A stretch of 64,000 nt of DNA, taken from the NCBI GenBank assembly GCA_964016885.1, contig OZ024740.1:262384001-262448000 (forward strand). Direction: 5' to 3'. The notes below the pieces were generated by a model. It searched no databases. It worked only from the letters and a program-made list of their open reading frames with translations, and was not told the origin of the DNA. Each line of letters begins with the position of its first letter. Within the stretch, counting starts at the first letter, position 1. Position numbers and translations under genes: made by a program. Below, piece by piece: positions 56,501 through 64,000 of this stretch. Source of the DNA: Eledone cirrhosa (taxonomy: Eukaryota).

Positions 56501-57630
56501 CCTGCGTGCTCAATCATGCCGTCAGGGACCTCGAGCACGGAGTGTTTCTGCGATACAGACTGGACGGCTCCCTGTTTGACCTGCGGTGCCTGACGGCCAA
56601 GACAAGGACCGTGCAGAGGATCGTCCTGGAGGCACTTTTTGCTGACGACTGTGCCCTCATGGCCCACAGGGATTCTGACATCGAACTCATCGTCAACATG
56701 TTCGCGGAGGCCTCCTGCCTCTTCGGTCTCACAATTATCCTTGGCAAGACTGAGGTCCTGTTCCCGCCTGCACCTGCCTCCATCGCCCACCCACCTTCCA
56801 TCTGCATCGAAGGCACCCAGCTAAAGACGGTGGACGACTTAAAGTATCTCGACAGTGTCATCAGCAGCGAGGGAAGCCTCGACAAGGAGAGAAATGCCAG
56901 AATCTGCAAGGCCAGGCAAGCCCTTGGCCGCCTGAGGACACGCGTCCTGAACCAGCACAACATCAGGCAGTCCACCAAGCTCAAGGTGTACAGGGCCGTT
57001 GTTCTCACCAGCCTCCTCTACGGATGTGAGACATGGACCCTGTACAGAAGGCACCTGAAGCAGCTGGAACTGTTTCAAATGCGCAGTCAGCGGTCAATCA
57101 TAAACATCAAATGGCAGGATAAGGTCTCCAACCTCGAAGTTCTTGACATGGCTGAGACAACCAGTGTCGAAGCTATGATACTGAAGAGCCGACTTCGATG
57201 GGTGGGACATGTCATCCGGATGGACGGTCACAGGCTTCCGAAACAACTGATGTATGGGGAACTCTGTTCGCGGAAACGAAAGTGGGCAGGCCTCTCAACA
57301 GGTTCAAAGACTGCGTGAAGTCCAGTATCAACAGCACTGGAATCGCGCCAAAACAACTGAAAGCTCAGGACAGGACTGAGTGGCGAGCTCTTACCAGATA
57401 CGCCAAAGACTCTTTTGAAGAGAAGAGACGGGCAGAGGTCACTGAGGCCCGTGAAAGGAGGAAAACGGCATCAGAAACCTGCCCCAAGCGTCTCCGATCT
57501 CTTCCCCTTCCCCCACTGTCTTGGGACCTGCAAATCAAGGATCGGCCTCAACAGCTACCTTCGTGCCCAAGGCAGACGGGAACTAAAATAAAGAAGATGT
57601 CATCATCGTTTACGATGGACAACCAAGGAT
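53587..57630 (+). mobile_element. Full-length (~4 kb) GC-rich RTE-clade LINE, inactivated
   Basis: Structured 5' UTR; WNVRTLMD, IDIAALSETRL, WTDHRLL, DCGNYRGISLLSIAGK, DLTKAFDTVNREALW, LFADDCAL, LLYGCETW, RLRWVGHVIRM; several stops and frameshifts. Confidence 0.95.
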
Positions 57631-57808
57631 TTATATATATATATATATATCCCAAGGCTCTGATACCATCAACACTATAAACACAGAGCTGGCATATCTA
57701 AGAACTGACTAACTCCCTGATGAGCTCATGGCCATTCAATAGCTATTATCGAAATATATATGGCAGTAAATAAAGGATTATGAGTCGATGCAATTGACTT
57801 ATGTTTCG

Positions 57809-57871
<63 letters not shown>

Positions 57872-57873
<2 letters not shown>

Positions 57874-58034
57874 GGACACACTAGAAGAGGAAGACCAAGG
57901 TTAACATATGTTGATGCCCTGAGGACAGACACTGGTCTGTTGGAGATGCAGGATATGGCAGCGATAATGAGGGACAGAGACCGCTGAAGAGAACTCGTCC
58001 ATGGATCTCGGGAATTTTACCCGCCTTAGATAGA
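57872..58034 (+). mobile_element. Short 3' end of another RTE-type LINE
   Basis: GHTRRGRPRLTYVDALRTDTGL..MRDRDR; (TAGA) tail. Confidence 0.7.
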
Positions 58035-58052
58035 TATATATATATATATATA

Positions 58053-58086
<34 letters not shown>

Positions 58087-58205
58087 GTGTGCATATGTAT
58101 TCAATGGCTATCATCGAAATATATATAGCAGTAAATAAAGGATTATCAGTTCATGCAATTGACTTATGTTTCGTCACTATATATATATATATATATATAT
58201 ATACG

Positions 58206-58258
<53 letters not shown>

Positions 58259-58263
58259 ATATA

Positions 58264-58297
<34 letters not shown>

Positions 58298-58774
58298 GTG
58301 TGTATATGTATGTGTGCGGATGTGGATTTGTTTCTCTCTCTATATATATGTGTGTGTGTGTGTGTGTGCATATGTGTGTATCCATGTGGTGTGATGCCAG
58401 CGTCAATACGTTTCTGTATATATTCATCTCTCTCTTGAAACGCTTGCATAAGAAACAGAATAATTAATCGAAAGAGTAGCAATGAAGGAGATTAAAAGGC
58501 GGCAATTAAAAATGTATAACAAAAATTAAGAAATTACATATTTAGAGTGTAATTAGTAGTTTTAAGCAAGTATCTGTTAATCATATCATAGATCTTATTA
58601 AAAATGATAAATAATATGAATATTGTTCAAAGACGAGATATTTCAAGGTAATGAGTGAACAAATCACCAAAAATTAAGAAGAAGAATAGTACTAAATTCT
58701 AATTAATTCTCAGGAGAAAATATATGGATTTTTTTTTATTATGTTACACACACATACACACACACATATGTATA

Positions 58775-58882
<108 letters not shown>

Positions 58883-58949
58883 ATATATATATGCACATAC
58901 ATAGATGTATATGTATCTCTCTCTCTCTCTCTCTCTCTCTCACTATATA

Positions 58950-59044
<95 letters not shown>

Positions 59045-59244
59045 TTCTTTATTATTGAAGTATGTTTACACATCTTTTTTTATCATTTATATAAGGCAGC
59101 AACTGATGAGGGAAATATAGATGCTTGAGGTTAGAAGGAAGGAATTTCAAAGTATATATAACAAAGCATGAAGAGGGATAGTATTCTATGACTTTGGGGC
59201 ACACATTCAAAAAGATACCTTCTAAATGGAGATATAAACATATC

Positions 59245-59900
<656 letters not shown>

Positions 59901-60754
59901 ATACATATACACACAGGCATATTATCAATAGTTATGAAAACTTAATGAAATGAGCTGAAATATAAGTCGAACCTTGCGGGTTAGATGTCCATTTAGATTC
60001 ATTTTCTCCTATTGTTTGAATACTATCTATGATTATAAATTAAGTGCCAACTGTATGCAATAGGCCATTTTTTTCATTCGTTTACTTTGCCTGAAACGAT
60101 TTAAAGAATAAAAAATACTTATCTTATTTGCAACCTTTCAAGGGATGGAATGCTTATCTTCTACATAATAGAAAACAGAAGCCGGTGGGATTTGCTAAGG
60201 CAGTTTTAAAATCGATGTGAAATACATCATGTTGATGAGTTATAAATTTGTGGAATTCCTGTGACACTGATAATGTGATTGATTCGCTTGTGCCGATAGT
60301 GAAATATGGCAAAATGTACTACATAAGACAATAAAACACACAATGTATTAAAATGTCTTGCAGCTGTTACAGTATGACGTCACACCCTTGAACGCATATA
60401 CATACATACGTCTATACTGATATATAATTATATACTTATGTTGATTGGAAAATAGATAGAGAGAGAAAGAATATAGTATATAAGTTTTTGTTTGATCTAC
60501 CAAATTACCAATATATATGTGTATATATATAAATAAACGCAGTATAATAGTAAAAGAATAATAAGTATATAAGTATATGCACTTTACTTGATTTAGTTAA
60601 TCCGAAAGCTTTAGAGATTTAATCGTTCTTACACATTTACAATATGGCGTACGAAAGAGCAATATTTGTGTGATAGAAATGTGTATAATTTTATATACTG
60701 ATATAGGTTAATAATGTAGTCTATAAACTACAATGGAAGTGTATATATATATAC

Positions 60755-63085
60755 AGGGAGGAGAAACCGAGAGTAATAAAAATGATCAATCTAACTAGTG
60801 CAAAACCAACACTCAACCTTATCAACTTACTCTCCAAAGGTCTTAAATTCACACCGACCCAACTACGTCTTAACTACTATGAAATGAAGGAAGACATCAC
60901 AGACTTCTGTAGAAAGTTACGACTCAGTGAACAACTATTCGACCAGTACAAAGAGGATGAATCATTAGCCAGAAATAGAAGCAACTACACTCCATCAAAT
61001 GGTAGAAATAAAATCCTGGAAGAATTCTGTGAACACATCACAAACTTCCCTTACCAACACTTGCACAGACAAAAGCACAAGCCAAACCTAAACAAGAAAG
61101 AATGTGAAGAATTAAATAGATTAAAAACCGACAAAATTATTATAATTAAAGAGGCTGATAAAGGGTGTACAGTAGTCCTAATGGAGACAGAATTCTATAT
61201 CAACTTAGCGCTCTCCACTTTGGAAAACGAAACATACTACGAAAAGGCTGAAAACTACAATCAACAGATAATTATGAGAAACCTAAAAACTCTGATCAAC
61301 CAATACAAAGAAGGACTCACTAACAAGGAATTCAGCTTCATCACAGACTTCACAAGTAAATCCAGCCTTTTCTACGGTATCCCTAAAGTACATAAAAGCG
61401 AATTAATAAGTAAGGCATTCAAGGAAGCCACAGACATAGTAATCAATGTCCCCTCACCCAATGATCTCAAATTAAGACCTACAATAGCAGGCCCCGCTTG
61501 CGAAACCCACCGCCTTAGCAACTTCATTGATACCCTTCTCAAGCCTTTTCTCAAACACATCAAAAGCTATATAAGGGACGACCTAGATATGCTCAATCAC
61601 CTCCCTAATATGCCTCTTTCTGAACAAACCCTACTAGTGACGTTCGATGTAGTTAACCTATACTCCAACATCCCCCACAACCTAGGAATAGAAGCTATCC
61701 AATTCTGGCTGGATAATTTACCACAATGAACTCCCACTACGCATCAAAAAAGAATTCGTGATAGAGGGACTCAAATTTATCTTGGAGAACAATTACTTCG
61801 TTTTCAATAACAAATCCTACAGGCAGAAATCTGGGACCGCTCTGGGAACAAAAACAGCCCCCACTTATGCCAACCTAGTCATGGGATACCTGGAAATCAC
61901 CCTCTACACTAAAGTACTAAACAAATTTGGAAACACTCTCCACTTATACAGAAAAGAACTGGAAGCGATATCTAGATGACTGCTTCATCCTTTGGAACGA
62001 AAACATCGACAAACTTAAAGAATTTCACACCCTTATAAATGGGCTCAACACGAATATTAATTTTACAATGGAATACAGCCATCAACAACTCCCCTTCCTC
62101 GACATCTTCCTTAAGATTCATAAAAAAAAAAAATAGAAACAGACATATGCTACAAGCCCACAGACTCCAAGCAATATCTTCCTTTCAACTCTTGCCACCC
62201 TAGACACGTTAAAATTAATATTCCCTACAACTTAGCCAAGAGAATCTGTACTATAGTCTCCAATAAAAACACCTGTTACTTACGGCTACTAGAACTAAAG
62301 GACACACTCATAGGCAGGGACTACGCTGCATCACTAATTAACAATGGAATCCAACGTGCCCTAAAACTCAGTACCCAGGACCTTAGACACCCTAAAGTAA
62401 ATCAATCGAAACTAAAAGCTCTTCCATACATCTCCACACACAACCCCCTCAACAATGAGGCCTTTGACACCATCCTCCAGAACATCCCTGTGTTAAAAAA
62501 GAACCATAGAATGAACCAAATCCTTCGAACACACGATATCATAAAGAGCAAAAGACAATCTAAGTCAATGAAAAACATCCTAACACAAGCCAAAGTACTG
62601 CCAACCACAACAACGAAACCCACAGTAAAAAAATGCGATAGACCCAACTGTGGCATATGCATCAACCTAATAGAGGGTTCGGAATTCCATTAGATTGATG
62701 TATATGCCACAGGTGGGTCTATCGCATTTTTTCGGAATTCTATTTCAAAGAAGGACAACGTTTTATAGTAAAACACAATTTCACATGCGCATCAGAAAAT
62801 CTAATATATGTATTAACTTGCTCAGATTGTCGAGAACATTACATAGGCCAGACTAAAAACAGTCTCCGCCAACGCATGATTGTCCATAGATCCCAAATTA
62901 AAATACGGGAATACAGAAAAATACCACTGAGTGAACACATTGATACCTGTGTCGCCCAAAATCATCCCAACTTTAGAATCTTTCCCCTCTACAAATTTAA
63001 AGATAATGCGACCCACATCCAGCGCATCAGCAAGGAATCTCACTTTATTAACAAATACGGACCCCGTCTAAACACTTCTCCCTAA
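60755..63085 (+). mobile_element. Penelope-like element (Neptune-type): reverse transcriptase, Cys-rich linker, GIY-YIG endonuclease; frameshifted
   Basis: LSKGLKFTPT, IKEADKG, FYGIPKVHK, LRPTIAG, VTFDVVNLYSNIP, YRQKSGTALGTKTAPTYANLVMG, WKRYLDDCF, LPFLDI, CDRPNCGIC, FTCASENLIYVLTCSDCREHYIGQT..LRQRMIVH, ESHFINKYGPRLN*. Confidence 0.92.
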
Positions 63086-63542
63086 GACGAACCCACAACA
63101 TACACACGTCAACATACATATCTACATCAGCATACATCCTACATACATGTCTATCCACATATAAACACAATGACATACGTAAACACACATGTTCTATGGT
63201 GCAACACAAATATACACAAATTTGCATACCTTTTGATGTTTATAGATATAAACGTGCCGACACACACACATACATATACGCACACATGCATTGCACACTG
63301 ATGGGCACATATATATTTGTACACAAGTTTTCCCATACGGCAGGGCCTAATGGATTCCCCTTGCAGTATGTACAATCTGAACACTCACACACACCTTGGT
63401 GTTATGACAATACTATATATCATTTCACCCCTTTTATTATTAATGTTTTTGATGTTCTTTTGAGAGAATCGTTTTTGCAAATGACTGAAAATATCGAATA
63501 ATGTACACCATTTTTACCAGTATCACAAAAATACTGGTCCAT

Positions 63543-63644
<102 letters not shown>

Positions 63645-64000
63645 GCACACACACACACACACACACACATACACACATACACATACACACACATACACAC
63701 GCGTACACTAACATACAAACAGACATAAACACACACTTCTCCGTATAAGACAAGAGCTGAACAATATCTTTCAACATGTTAAAATATCCCCAACACACGT
63801 ACACACACATTCCTACTGACCGAATTTATTCCCTCTACCACGAACCACTCTGCTACACACACACACACACACACATATTTGTCTTAATAGACACCTGAGC
63901 TGTTTACCTTTCAATATGACTGCAATTCACACACACATCCCTACTGACCATTATCACAACAATGAACCTCTTTACTACACACACACACACACACACACAC

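Noticed and set aside
59103-59122. CTGATGAggGAAAtata
   Set aside because: No stem II and no UH site

Overview
Eukaryotic (metazoan), AT-rich, microsatellite-dense DNA. The repeat make-up suggests a cephalopod such as octopus, but that is inference only. No host protein-coding gene can be supported beyond one or two weak candidate exons, and nearly all ORFs in the track are microsatellite artefacts. Recognisable content: several decayed RTE-clade LINEs (two near full length, 19.2-22.6 kb minus and 53.6-57.6 kb plus), R4/Dong-like LINE fragments at (TAA)n/(TACA)n, a Neptune-type Penelope-like element (RT + Cys-rich linker + GIY-YIG, 60.8-63.1 kb), over 15 copies or fragments of a tRNA-derived SINE, a second tRNA-headed element, a non-autonomous Helitron, bipartite RTE-derived short elements and a 5.7 kb trinucleotide-based complex satellite. 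The main hidden signal is RNA-level. About eleven intact-looking and four decayed minimal type I hammerhead ribozymes lie in at least six largely unrelated short non-coding element families at (TA)n tracts. One carries a compensatory U3-A8 core and one forms a permuted ~483-nt retrozyme-like unit. Seven insertions are head-to-head foldbacks whose inferred 3' ends point outward. Together these suggest a microsatellite-targeted, hammerhead-bearing non-autonomous retroelement system, possibly driven by Neptune-type PLEs. All folds were read by eye; nothing was computed or searched.
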